A stretch of DNA of 64,000 nt from Felis catus (lineage: Eukaryota), in NCBI RefSeq assembly GCF_018350175.1, contig NC_058368.1, positions 116,748,001 to 116,812,000 of the forward strand, given 5' to 3'. Position 1 is the first letter of the stretch. Every line of letters begins with the position of its first letter. The notes beneath the pieces are model-generated. The model saw only the letters and a program-made list of their open reading frames with translations. It was not told where the DNA came from and searched no databases. Shown here in pieces: positions 13,069-27,063 of this stretch. Position numbers and translations under genes: made by a program.

Positions 13069-14432
13069 TAGCTTTTCTTAATAAATAGACCCCTTAATTA
13101 TGATATAATGCCCTTCTTCATCTCTTATTACAGTCGTTGTTTTAAAATCCAGTTTGTCTGATATAAGTATGGCTACTCCAGCTTTCTTTTGATGTCCATT
13201 AGCATAATAGATGGTTCTCCATCCCCTAACTTTCAATCTGCTGGTGTCCTCAGATCTAAAATGAGTCTCTTGTAGGCAGCATATAGATGGTCTTTTTTTT
13301 TTTTTTTTAATCCGTTCTGATACCCTATATCTTTTGATTGGGGCATTTAGCCCATTTACATTCAGATTGATTATTGAAAGATATGGATTTAGTGCCATTG
13401 TGTTATCTGTAGATTCCATGTTTGTGGTGATGTCCTCTGGTCCTTTGTAGTCTTTGATGCTTTCCATTCACAGAGTCCCCCTTAGGACCTCTTGCAGGGC
13501 TGGTTTCGTGATCATGAACTCCTTTAGTTTTTGTTTGTCCTGGAAAGTCTTTATCTCTCCTTCTATTCCAAATGATAGTCTTGCTTGATAAAGGATTCTT
13601 GGCTGCATATTTTTCATATTCAGAACATTGAATATTTCCTGCCACTTCCTTCTGGCCTGCCAAGTTTCAGTGGATAGGTCTGCTACTAACCTTATGTGTC
13701 TACCCTTGTAGCTTAAGGACATTTTACCCTAGCTTCTTTCAGAATTCTCTCTTTATCTTTGTATTTTGCCAGTTTCACCATGATATGTTACAGTGATTAA
13801 CTGTTTTTTGTTGATTTTGAATGGAGTTTTCTCTGCCTCTTGGACTTGGATGTCTGTTTCCTTCCTCAGATTAGGGAAGTTCTCATCTATAATTTGTTAA
13901 AATAAACCTCCTGTCCTTTTCTCTTGCTCTTCTTCTTCTGACACTCCTATGATATGGATATGGATTCATTTCATGGAATCACTTAGTTCTCTAATTGTCC
14001 CCTCATGATCTAGTAATTTCTTTTCCATCTTTGTTTCAGCTTCATTATTTTCCATAATTTTATCTTCTATTTCAGCTATTCTGCTGTCTGCTTCTTCCAT
14101 CCTTGCTGTCACTGTATCTAGTTTATTTTGCATCCCGGTTGTAGCATTTTGAAATTCATCCTGACTAGTTCTTAGGTCTTTGATCTCTGCAGCAAGAGTT
14201 TCTCTGGTGTCTTCTATACTTTTTTCAGCCCAGGTATTAGTCTTATGACTGTTTTTCTAAATTATTGTTCAGATATATTATTTATATCTGTTTTGAGCAA
14301 TTCTCGGGCTGTGATTTCTTTTTTTAATTTTGTTTATATTAAAAAATTTTTTTTCAGGAGAGGCTTGAGAGAGGCTGGTGTGTGGGCTTACCTTGTGCTC
14401 CTCATCTGTTGTGAGGGAGACTTGTGGCTTGA

Positions 14433-16103
<1,671 letters not shown>

Positions 16104-16201
16104 TATATTTAAGATTTTGAATGTTTTCCAGAACATTAGTATGATCCCCTTTTAAGCCATCTTTAGTCTTTTCTAGACCAAGGCAGATACATAAATAGAT
16201 A

Positions 16202-16207
16202 AATAAA
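16202..16207 (+). terminator. Polyadenylation signal of the RIOK2 retrocopy
   Basis: AATAAA 16 nt before the short A-run/TSD at 16224. Confidence 0.8.
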
Positions 16208-17013
16208 CTCTCTTTCATATATTAAAAAAAATTTTTTTTTCAATGTTTATTTATTTTTGAGACAGAGAGAGGCGGAGCATGAATGGGGGGAGGGTCAGAG
16301 AGAGAGGGAGACACAAAATCTGAAGCAGGCTCCAGGCTCTGAGCTGTCAGCACAGAGCCCAACATGGGGCTCGAACTCACAGACCGTGAGCTCGTGACCT
16401 GAGCCAAAGTTAGATGTTTAACCGACTGAGCCACCCAGGCACCCCACTGGCTGTGATTTCTTTTTGACCTTTCTTTTGAGGGGAATTCCTCCATCTTGTC
16501 ATTTTGACTAGGTTTTTGTCTTTTGCGTGTTTTAAAAGCTTGTTATGTGTCTTGCACCTGAGAGTACTACTATATTAAAAAGGGGGTCATACCCTCTCCA
16601 GGGCCTGGCACTCCAGGGAGTGTTTCTGCTGTATGTTGCGTGCACTCTGTTGTTGCATTTTAGCTGCTCTGTTCTACTGGTCAGTCCTCTGCAGAGCTCT
16701 TCCTTGATTGTAGTGGTGGAGTGTTTGGACCTTTAGGTAGGTGTGCTTTGATTTGTTGAAGTAACCCTAGAAAAATAAGGGAGGGTGAAAGCCTTATGCC
16801 GTAAAAAGAGAAAAATGAAAGGAGAGAAAAGTAAACCAGAGAATCAAAAAACTCAATCCTGCCAAACTATCTCCTTCCAACTGTGGAGATCCTTCTGCTA
16901 CTCTGCAGATCAATTTCCTGGGTGTTCCAAGTGATCTCAACCTCAAAAACAGCTGCGTTTGAGGGATGAGGACAATCCTGGTCCCCCTACTGCTCTTGCA
17001 TCTTAATTCCCCC

Positions 17014-17625
17014 TGAACTCTTTTTTTTTTATTTCTTTAAGGTCAATAGTAATGTCTCCTCTTTCATTTCTGGTTTTAGTAATTTTCATTTTCTTGTCTT
17101 TTCTCTTGGTCAGTCTAGGTAAAGGTTTGTCAATTATGTTGATCTTTTCAAAGAACCAGCTTGTGGCTTCAGCTTCATTGTCTTTCTCTACTATTTTTCC
17201 ATTATTTATTTCATTTATTTCTTCCATAATCCTATTTACTCTCTTTCTTTTGTTTACTTTGGGTTTGGTTTGCTCTTATTTTTCCAGAAACTTAAAGTAG
17301 GAGGTTAGGTTATTGATATGAGGCATTTCTTCATTTTTCTGTGTCAACATTACAGCTATACATTTTCCTCTGAGCACTGCTTTAGTTGCATCCCATAAAT
17401 TTCTCATATATTGTATCTTCATTTTCATTTGTCTCAGAGTGTTTTCGAATTTTCCTTGCTCTTCTTTGACCCATTGGTTACTTTAGCATATGTGATTTAA
17501 TTTCCACATATTTGTGAATTTCTCAAATTTCATTTTGTTATTGATTTCTAATTTCTTTCCATTGTGGTCAGAGAACACACTTTGTATGGTATCAATACTT
17601 TTAACTTTATTGAAGCTTATTTTAT
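17014..17625 (-). mobile_element. Old L1M ORF2 fragment (EN-RT linker)
   Basis: Translation SWFFEKINIIDKPLPRLTK...ITKTRNERGDIT in the 17003-17227 ORF. Confidence 0.8.
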
Positions 17626-17631
17626 GCTTAG

Positions 17632-17990
17632 TGTTGGGAAGGGCAGTCTAATTTGTAGTCTTTCAACCTTCACTTATTCACATAAGAATGGGCCTTGGAC
17701 TTGGAACACTTCCTTACCAAGAGATAAGGAGTTCACACAGCCTGTCCTAGGCTTATCATCTTGTGTGGAAATATCATTCCCTATTTTAGGCTCTGTGAAG
17801 CACTTTTGTTTCTGGTTAGAGTGTGTGAGTCATATGGCATCTGGCCAGTCCCACTGTTAGTCTTCTGTGGAAAGGGGTAAAGGTTTTTCCACTGTGGTAC
17901 AAGAGTGCACATAGTCATATTGCCCTGCTATAGCCTCTAGGAGAAACTCACTGGCCTTGGGGTACTGATGCTCAATACTGAAATTGATTA
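17632..17990 (+). mobile_element. Old ERVL-type LTR fragment (MER54/MER74-like; family uncertain)
   Basis: Starts with TG. taagaatgggccttggacttggaacacttccttaccaagagataag...ggcttatcatcttgtgtgg resembles recalled eutherian LTR consensus. Confidence 0.5.
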
Positions 17991-18263
17991 CCACACTTTC
18001 CAAAGCTCCAGTAGCCAGAATTCTCTCTTAGCACTCTCTCACATCTTGGTCCAGTTTTCATGGCACTTAGTAACTTCTTTTCATATATATTATGCTTGAA
18101 GTCCAAATGTTTTATAGAATCTCATCAAAGATGAAAGCTAATAATGTCACTGAACTCTTTTTAGTTCTAATTATTTTTTTCTTTAATTTTCTTGGATTTT
18201 ATGAGTAGAAAATTATATCAGCTATAAACTTATCTTGTAACCATACATGTTATCCTCCTTTCT

Positions 18264-18281
18264 AACACACATACACACACA

Positions 18282-18329
<48 letters not shown>
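18264..18329. repeat. (CA)n microsatellite
   Basis: Direct inspection. Confidence 0.95.
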
Positions 18330-18333
<4 letters not shown>

Positions 18334-19227
18334 CATACTTTCTTATCTTGTGTTGTTTAGAGTATCCAAGTCAGTATTGAATAATACTATGACATGAAAT
18401 GTCTTGTTATGCTCATGATTTTTCATGGAGATAATTCTGGTGTTTTACTGTTTAAAATGAAGATGGTCATTTGTAACAGCTGTCAAATTTTATCAAATTT
18501 CTTTTAAGAATCTATCATAATGATGATCTAGTGATATTTGTTTAGCATGTTTTGAAACCATAATGTGAGATTTGTATGTTGTCTTTTTTTGGATAATGTT
18601 GATAGTGTCTTGTTAGATTTTTTTTAAAGTTTATTTATTTTGAGAAGGAAAGAGAACACAGGGGAAGGGCAGAAGGAAAATCCCAAGTAGGCTCTGAGCT
18701 GTCAGTGCAGAGCCCAGTGCGGGGCTTGATCTCACCACCATGAGATCATGACCTGAACAGAAATAAAGAGTCAGACACTTAACCAACTGGGCCACTGAGG
18801 TGCCCTTCTTGGTTTAATTTTTATTTCAGGTTAGGTACTGTCTAATAAACTGATGTCTGGTGGGGTTGTTGGTAAAGGTTTCAGGCCTTCCTTTTCAGCT
18901 ACACTTGATGAAAACTTTCATCTGCAGCTAAGAGGAAGATGTGGTGTTACTACTTACCAAATACATAGCAATATGAAATTTGAATGTAGGTAAAATATGT
19001 GATTGAACTAGATAGGTTAGCTCTTAACACAATGACATTCATCATATTTGAGTGAAAAGAAAAAGTATAAAAGTCTAGGACTTTCTGATCTGTGGCTTAA
19101 GAGTATCTCAAAAAAAATAGGTGTGAATTTTAGTTTTCAATCCATGATTGAAAAAGTGATATGGGTGTTAAAGAGCTAGATGCAATTTTAGACTCTTTTC
19201 CTTGATTTATAGTATTTTGTTTGAAAG

Positions 19228-20149
19228 TGATGCAGGGGTACCTGGGTGACTCAGTCGGTTAAGTTTCTGACTCTTGGTTTTGGCTGCACTTGGGTCATGA
19301 TCTTGGGGTTGTGAGAAAGAGCCCGATGCTCCAATTCTCTCTCTCTCTCCCTTTACCATTTTCATTCTCTCTCTCTTTCCCTCTCTCTCAAAAAAAAAAA
19401 AAGTGATGCAGGCTGGCTGGGTTCAAGGAGCCAGAGGGGGTCCCACAGGACCAGCAAAGGGGGTCCTTGGCTTTTCCCAGGATGGAAATCAAACATGAAC
19501 CAAAAGGAAGTGAGAGCAGAGTTTATTGAAGATACAGAGAGAGAGCAGATTCAGACAGAGAGTCTGAGAAACTCAGAAGGAAGGTAGGGGCCTAGGTCCT
19601 AGCAAGAACTGAAGCAGGAAAAGGAGCAAGAAAGGCAGTTTTTTCATGGGGTCCCTTCAGTTTCCCTTTCTAGATCTATTCTTACACATGTCTTAATGTA
19701 CGTCCTCCTTGTAAAGGTCAAGGAGTTCATGATTTCTTTGGAGTCTTCCAGCACAACAGATTAACATCTAAGGAATGACTAGGTGAGGTTGTCATGAATG
19801 TTTTCTAAGACCACTGACTCAAGGGCCTCAGTGACTTATGGAGGACGTCTAAAAACTCATCGTTTTGACCAATTCTTGGATGTCTGAGGGGACACATATA
19901 CCAGACCACCATCCTCAACAAAAACCCCAAGCCCCAAGCAAAGACAAGCCTCTGTCTCTCCTTTCCTTTCTGAGTCTCCCAGACTCTCTTTCTGCCTCTG
20001 CTCTGTCTTCAGTAAACTCTGCTCTCCCTTCCTCTCGGTTTGCGTTTCCATCCAGGAAGATTTATTTCCATTCTGGGAGAAGCCAACGACCCTCTTCACT
20101 GGTCCTGTGGGACTCCCTCTGGGTCCTTGGACTCAGCCAGCCTGCATTA
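19228..20149. mobile_element. LTR-derived element with ~180-bp terminal inverted repeats and a 4-bp TSD (AAAG); SINE inserted at 19235-19402
   Basis: 19404-19584 is the diverged reverse complement of 19960-20149. aaag lies at 19224-19227 and 20150-20153. The SINE TSD aaagtgatgcagg is at 19224 and 19400. Confidence 0.75.
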
Positions 20150-20866
20150 AAAGGGCCAGATATCCTCTTTTTGGATAAGATATGACCAACCTGGAGTATG
20201 ACTTTAGGTTCTGAGGGCTATACTTTGAAGATGAAATAGAAAACAATTTTTAGAAAAAGGTAATTTTTGGAAAATGATTACATAATCATTAAGTAGTAAG
20301 TAAACACAACATAGAGTTAGAGTGAGGATTCACAAAAGAAAGGTCCAAGATACTTTATATGGTATTATGTAATGTATTATGTGAAAAACTGGTTCCTTGG
20401 CAACAGAAAATTGAGAAAGAAATTCTGTAGTAATGTGTTATTGGTAAGGATGTAAGTAAAAAAAGAAAAAAGGATGACATAGGTTGTTGTATATTGAGAG
20501 TGCTTTAGCCATTTAATTTGTGTGCCCAGAACCCAGCTAGATACTAAAGACACAAAATTTGAGTGATACAGATCTCTACTCTCAAAGAAGTCCTACTCTG
20601 CTAGACTTGATTTGGACACTTCATTAAGCTTTACAGGATGAAAATGTGCTTGATGTGATGCTGTTGATGTCCTGTCTTTTAGTTTCTTGCACATAACATG
20701 TTCCCAAGGAATAATCTTAAGCACTAAGAAAAAATCTGGTTTAGGGGCACCCTGGGTAGCTTACTTGGTTAAGTGTCCAACTTTGGCTCAGGTCATGATC
20801 TCACAGTTAGTGTTCAAGCCCTGCGTCAGGCTCTGTGCTGACAGCTCAGAGCCTGGAGCCTGCTTC

Positions 20867-20919
<53 letters not shown>

Positions 20920-21025
20920 TCCCTCTCCCCCTCCCCCATTTGTGCTTTGTCTTTTTCTCTCAAAGGTAAACATTAAAACAATTCTTTAAAAAAGAAAATC
21001 TGGTTTAAAATCATACATATCCTTT

Positions 21026-21650
21026 TGTTGTGGGGTTGTCGAGAACAATGGCCAAGAATTTCTTGAGATGTTATATGGTGCAACATAGTTTATTTAAGTA
21101 GCATAGGACAGGACCCATGTGCAGAAAAAGCTGCACTTTCTGCTGTATGAAGCTTGTAGTTATATGCTTAGTGCTCAAGGTGGAGGGAACATGTAGGAAG
21201 TATCACAAATATTTCTTTGAATTTCTACTCATAAAACTGCTTTCACAAGATTTCTCTGGTGTTTATCATTCAGTTTGATATTAACTATGGGTGAGATATA
21301 CAGGCAGTCATGAGACCCTTTTTAAGGATGTAGCAACCAGCACATATTTAATCCTTATTAAACCTATGCAAGCATGGCACCTGGGTGGCTCAGTTGGTTA
21401 AGCTTCCGACTTTGGCTCAGGTCATGATCTTGCAGTTCATGAGTTCGAGCCCTGTGTCAGGCTCTGTGCTGACAGCTCGTGAAGCCTGGAGCCTGCTTGG
21501 GATTCTGTGTTTCCCTTTCACCCTGCTCCTCCCCTGCTCACACTCTGGTTCTCACTCTCATAAACAAATAAAAATATTTTTAAAAACTATGCAGGCTGTA
21601 GGTCAGCCTTCGGGACTAAAGGTGAGCATTTCTGCTTCTATCCTTCATCA
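21026..21650 (-). mobile_element. Solo LTR (ERV1-like, carnivore) with a SINE at ~21376-21586
   Basis: TG...CA termini. 4-bp TSD cttt at 21022-21025 and 21651-21654. Minus-strand AATAAA near 21090. Confidence 0.75.
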
Positions 21651-23959
21651 CTTTTGCTGACATACTCTTTGGTGTATGTCAAATTTACTTTTTTCCTATT
21701 TGGCTGCAAGATCTCTAATAGGAGCTTATGCATTATGGCTAGAAATCTTTTGAATTTATTTCAAAATTTATTTATTAAATAAAAATTTGAAGTTAATTAG
21801 TTTAAGGCCAAGTTTGGTTGGGAGAGCTTTATAATAATTGTTTTGGCAATAGAATCCAAGCAGAAATCAAGACTGTTTTTGTATTGAGTCCACTTAAAGT
21901 TATACTTGCACGTAATTAAAACTTGAAAATACCTGAATTAGGGGAAACTATGGAAAATGGCATAAAAGGGCAAAATGAAATATTTGAAAGTTTCTGCTAA
22001 GGAGAAATTTTGTTAATTTATGATTTAATGTTCAACAAGTCATCTTATACAAAAGGAAGAACTTGTGACTTCCTCATCTTTGGGGTTTTCGAATATCCCA
22101 AGTATCTCCTAAATAATGCTTTCGCACAAATCCCAGTTATGCCTAAAGATAGGGAGGCTGATGTTGGGACAAATCCTACTAGGTGAGCGCTATTCATTTA
22201 TTCTTTACAGAAATTAAATCTTTTGAAAATAATCATTAGAGGCAGTTTGGACAGAGAAATGGGGGAAAGGGGAAGCCAAAAGTGTGAGAGGGGTGTGAAG
22301 GGGGAAGAGTTTTTGTCAGCATTTTCCAGGTTGATTTTCAGTATGAGTTTTTCCTTTTCCCCACTTGCTAATCTACACCCCCACACACTGTCCTCCTAGA
22401 AAGAGCTCAGAAATCCTAAATCCAGTCTAACTGGGAACTTGATTGTAGGTCTTAAAATCAGGGGCATTCCAAAAGTTGAGTATATCTCTCCAGATGTATT
22501 TCATCATCTGCTATTGGAAAAGTGAAAAGTATAATCTTTCACCCCAAAGCAGTTAGCAGCATTAAATGAAAGCGAGGAAATGCAAATTTTAATCTCTGGC
22601 ATTTGAAGTAGATAATTAGTTTTGGTTCTGAAATTTGGTGAATAAATTTAATTTTTATGGGTTATTTCACATCTTAATGAAGATCCCCAGTGATGGCTAT
22701 ATTTATGTCTCTACCTAAACATTTCACTGGGCTGACATATTTCCTGCTTTAATTTTATCCAAGACTTGGTGTCAATGATTTTCTTGGTTCCTTATCTCAG
22801 AAAGACAAATTAGTCAAGGGCATTTACTATTTAAATTGCCTTATGTTGCGCTTACTCTGCTTTCCTGGAAGAGATAAGGGCTGGGTTTGTATTGTTCTGG
22901 GGAGGTGATTGGTTCTTAGTGGCATAATGAATTTACCAATCCCACTTTCAGTCTTAAAACCAGAATGCTGGAACAGCTTACCTCCCCCACCCCCATTTTA
23001 ATCATCAGTTTTAAAAACTATTATAACAGTGTATTCAAACATACAGTAAAGAGAATTGTGTAATTAGCTCCCATGTATCCAGCCTTCAGCTTCAGTGATT
23101 ATCAACACTTGTAGGCAGTTTTCTGAACAGAAAATACAGTGCCCTGAAAGCTTTAATTCTTGATCAGTATCTAGCTTTTGTCTTTCAAATTTTGGTTCCT
23201 GGGGCTTTCGACGTTGCAATTACATTAAAAGAAGTTTAAGGAATTTAGTGTTTAATAGTCATTGAAGTCACTCTTTTTCAGTTCGCCTCCCCCTCAGGGA
23301 AAGCCGCGGGTTGTTGGGCGCAAGGCCAAATTTGGAGATAACTTCTTGTAGCTCGGAGGTGTTTTTACAAGGACAGACCAATGTCCCAATTTCCCTTCAG
23401 AATACCGGCTTAAAAACGAAGTTGGACAACATATGGGCAGTTAGTTCCTACCCTGCCTCAATGCTGTTTTCTAAATATTTACAGAGAATAAATTTACACA
23501 GTAGTTTTCTGGTTACACTCTGGAGAGCATCTCAGTAACTTTCTTCCACTTCCACTTCACACGTCCCATTGGGGAGGAGTGTCAGTTTTTCTGAGTTTCA
23601 GGGGCTTGTACTGACTGGTTTCTAACCTGTCTCATCCAGAGCGTCAAGGGCCGCTTGTAAAGCAAGTAGGGGCTCCTGAGGAAAGGGAAATTGCTGACCC
23701 ACAAAAAAGCGGAACGAACCATAAGCCTGGCGCTCGCCCACCTGGGTGTCTCGAAAAGCTAGAGCCGGGGATGGGGGGTGGGAGGGAAGCTTGGGGAAGA
23801 CCCTATTACCCAATTTGTTCCTCACTGGTCGCCTCTGTTGAAATCTTGGCTTCCCATATATAAGAAGGTGCACAGAGACTTTAACCCTCAGTGGAGAGGC
23901 TAGGAATCTAGAATGTAATGCTTCAGCCCTTAGCTTGGGGCTTCCGGTTTCCTTAAGCT

Positions 23960-25420
23960 TCGAAGGCGTGGTCATTCAGGGTCGCGATTCCACCTCTCGC
24001 CGCCTCCGCCCCGCGATTTCTCTGGGAGTTCCGATCTCTTCGCCGGCACTGGAGGGGTTCCGTGGGTCCGAGCGCCCGGAACTGGACGCTCCCCTGTGAA
24101 ACAGTGGAGCGAGAAGCCCAAACGAGCTCAGCCTCAATTACGAGCAGTCTTCAGTCAGAGGTTGTGGAAGTTAAGACGGAGGCCTTCTTAGGGCGTTTTC
24201 CTTAGAAACAGGGTTCAAAGGAAGATGTGTTAATTTCTCACGGCATCTTCCCCGCTGTGCCCCGCCCCCCGCCGGCTGCCGGGACTTTGTGGAGAGAGCC
24301 CAGCTCGAAGGGCATGGAGATGGCCCCTCCCTAGCCTGAGTAGTTTACCTCGTCTCTGCACCCCTAGGCGGCGCTGCGCTCCTCTGCACCGACCAGCTCC
24401 GCTTTCCCAGACGGCTGCCAAGCCTCCAGTCCCGAGAGTTTAGCTTCCAGCCCGTCAGCCCGGGGCAATTCCAGTATATTCAAGAGGCAGAACGTCGGCG
24501 GTCTGTGCACCTCGAGTCCGCTTCGGCGGGCGGCCGGCTCTTGCTCTTTACCACAGTTCGCGCTCTCCGGGAGTCCGGAGCATGGTTCTGGGTCACTGCT
24601 GGTGGAGCGGGGACGCCAAGAGGGAGGAGGATGGTGGGCTGGAGGGTGGCGGTTCTATGTCTGTGGGTCTCCTGCTGCTCTGCCGCCAGACAGCTGGAAT
24701 ACTCAGTGTTGGAGGAGACCGTGCGGAGCGTAGCTGTAGGTAATGTTTCCGCGGACTTGGGGCTGTCAGCGGCCGCTCTACGCTTGCGGAACTTTCGCTT
24801 ACTTTCCAGCCTCCGCGAGCCCTACTTCGGGGTGGATCTGGCCAGCGGTAGCTTGGTGGTCCGAGAGCCGGCAGACCGCGAACGGCTGTGCGGGACTAAA
24901 GCTGCCTGCGTCTTGACCTATGAGCTGGTGCTCGAGGACCCGCTGGAGCTACACAAGATGCGAGTTCACGTCGTGGACATCAACGACAACTCTCCTGTCT
25001 TCCCTGCCGGCGACGTGCAGCTGCACATCCCCGAGTTCCTGTTGCCTGGAGCCCGCTTTACTCTTCCTAATGCCCTAGATGCGGACGAGGGAAGCAACGG
25101 TGTCCTGACCTACACCCTGAGCCCCAGCCAGCACTTTCGCTTGATCATGGGGTCGCGAGTCGACGGCAGTGAATACCCGGAGTTGGTATTAGAGAAAGCG
25201 CTGGATCGGGAGCAGCGTGCCACCCACCAGCTACTGCTCACCGCTAAGGATGGAGGGCAGCCCGCGCGCTCCGGAGAAGCACAAGTTACCATCATAGTGG
25301 TGGACACAAACGACAATGCGCCTGTATTTGAGCGCACAGTATACCGTGCCAAGGTACCAGAGACTGCCCCGAACGGGACTTTGTTATTACGAGTTCAGGC
25401 CTCCGACCCGGATGAAGGCT
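23960..25420 (+). promoter_or_regulatory. CpG island covering the PCDHAC1 promoter and the 5' part of its exon
   Basis: Sharp rise in GC and CpG content against an AT-rich, CpG-poor background. GC box cccgcccc near 24261. Confidence 0.85.
24357..24376 (+). promoter_or_regulatory. Promoter CTCF site / clustered-Pcdh conserved sequence element (CGCT box), forward orientation
   Basis: tgcacccctaggcggcgctg matches the CTCF core and contains CGCT, about 260 bp upstream of the ATG. This is the expected arrangement for Pcdh-alpha promoters including alpha-C1. Confidence 0.8.
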
Positions 25421-27063
25421 CCAATGGGGAAATCCGGTACTCCTTAAGCAATAGCACGCTGGTGGAGCTGCGACACTACTTTCACGTGCACCCTAGAAAT
25501 GGGGAAGTGCGGGTAGCTGCTTCACTCGGTCTACCTGAAACGTTGTTGGAAGCATACATTGAGGCGAGGGATGAGGGTACCTTCGGTCTAGCTAGTACTG
25601 TCAAACTGCTGGTGGAAGTGACTGATGTGAATGATCATGCCCCTGAGGTGAACCTCCTGACTCTATCCAGTTCAGTTTCTGAGGACGCAGCCCCTGGCAC
25701 AGTGATTGCTCTCTTCAGTCTAAGGGACGAGGACCTCGGTCCCAATGGTAAGGTCTTTTGTAGCATGTCCAGTGGAGGCCCTTTTAAGCTGAAGGCTTCT
25801 TTTGACAACTACTACAGCTTGCTGACTGATGGGCCGCTGGACCGGGAGCAGGTCAGCGAATACCATGTCCTGATTACTGCCTCAGATGGTGGCTCACCCC
25901 CACTGAGCACCCGCAGGACAGTGACTGTGTCTGTTGCTGATGTGAACGACAATTCACCAAATTTTGCTCAACCACAACAGGAACTTTTTGTGGCTGAAAA
26001 CAATGATCCTGGGGCCTCTTTAGGCCGTGTTTTTGCCCAGGATCCGGACCTAGGGGAAAATGGCCTTGTCTTCTATGAGCTGTTGGATATTATCTCTGAA
26101 AGGCAGACAGCCTCTAGCTTGGTGGCAGTAGAATCATCCAGTGGGGCTATCACTGCCAAAATTTCCTTTGACTTTGAGCAACTCAGGGGGTTTCACTTCC
26201 AAGTGGAAGCCCGGGATGGTGGCATTCCTCCCAGAAGTGCAGCACTGACTGTGAACTTATTTGTGGTAGATAGGAACGACAATGCTCCAGTCATCCTGTT
26301 TCCCTTGCCCAGAAATGGCTCTGTTCCAGTGGAAATTGTGCCTCGCTCTGCCAGAACTGGACACTTGGTCACAAAAGTGGTAGCAGAGGATGCAGACAGT
26401 GGCTCTAATGCTTGGCTTTCCTACCATATTTTTCAGGCTTCTGACTCTAGCCTCTTCAGAATTTCAGCCAATATGGGAGAACTTCGTACTGCCCGCTTCA
26501 TTCTTCCCACTGATGCAGTTAAACAGAGGGTGGTGGTAGTGGTTCGAGACCATGGAGACCCCTCACTTTCCTCTTCTGTCACATTAGGTATACTGTTGAG
26601 CAACTTTGCCCCTCAGGTCCTTCCAGACTTTGAAGATACCTGGGAAAGAGGAGGCCACCTTTCCACCCAGAACCTGTATTTAGTAATTGCCCTGGCCTCT
26701 ATTTCCTTTTTATTTCTGGGGTGCTTACTTTTCTTTGTGTGCATCAAGGTGAACCAGAGCCCAGCTTGTTGTTCTCAAAGCTGCTGTCGCTCTTCAGAAG
26801 AGCTGAGGCAAGGGAGGAAGATGGCTTCAAATCCTTGTATGACATCAGCCACGATAGATGTCACTACAGTTGAGAGACTTTCTCAGACCTATCTCTATCG
26901 GGCCTCTCTAGGACTTGGTTCTGATAATAACAGTTTGCTGTTGCGTGGGGAATACAGTGCTGCTGACCTGAGAAATCTGGCTACTGGGGTAGGACTGAAT
27001 TTGCCAATATCCTGCATTCACATTCGGAATAGGAAAGGGGATCACGTAAATGTCAATGCCATG
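24631..27063 (+). CDS. PCDHAC1: Protocadherin alpha-C1 variable exon (811 codons: signal peptide, 6 cadherin repeats, TM, variable cytoplasmic part); splices to constant exons outside the window
   Basis: MVGWRVAVLCLWVSC signal peptide. DINDNSP, DTNDNAP, DVNDHAP, DVNDNSP and DRNDNAP linkers. TM YLVIALASISFLFLGCLLFFVCI. Alpha-C1-type end GDHVNVNAM followed by a phase-0 donor ATG|gtaagc at 27063/27064. Confidence 0.95.

Noticed and set aside
23622..24421. Antisense ORFs upstream of PCDHAC1
   Set aside because: Short, no recognisable homology, and expected by chance in GC-rich promoter DNA.
24505..24630. 42-codon N-terminal extension of PCDHAC1 in the ORF track
   Set aside because: It starts at GTG in GC-rich, stop-poor DNA. 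The ATG at 24631 has good context (aggATGG) and directly begins the signal peptide.
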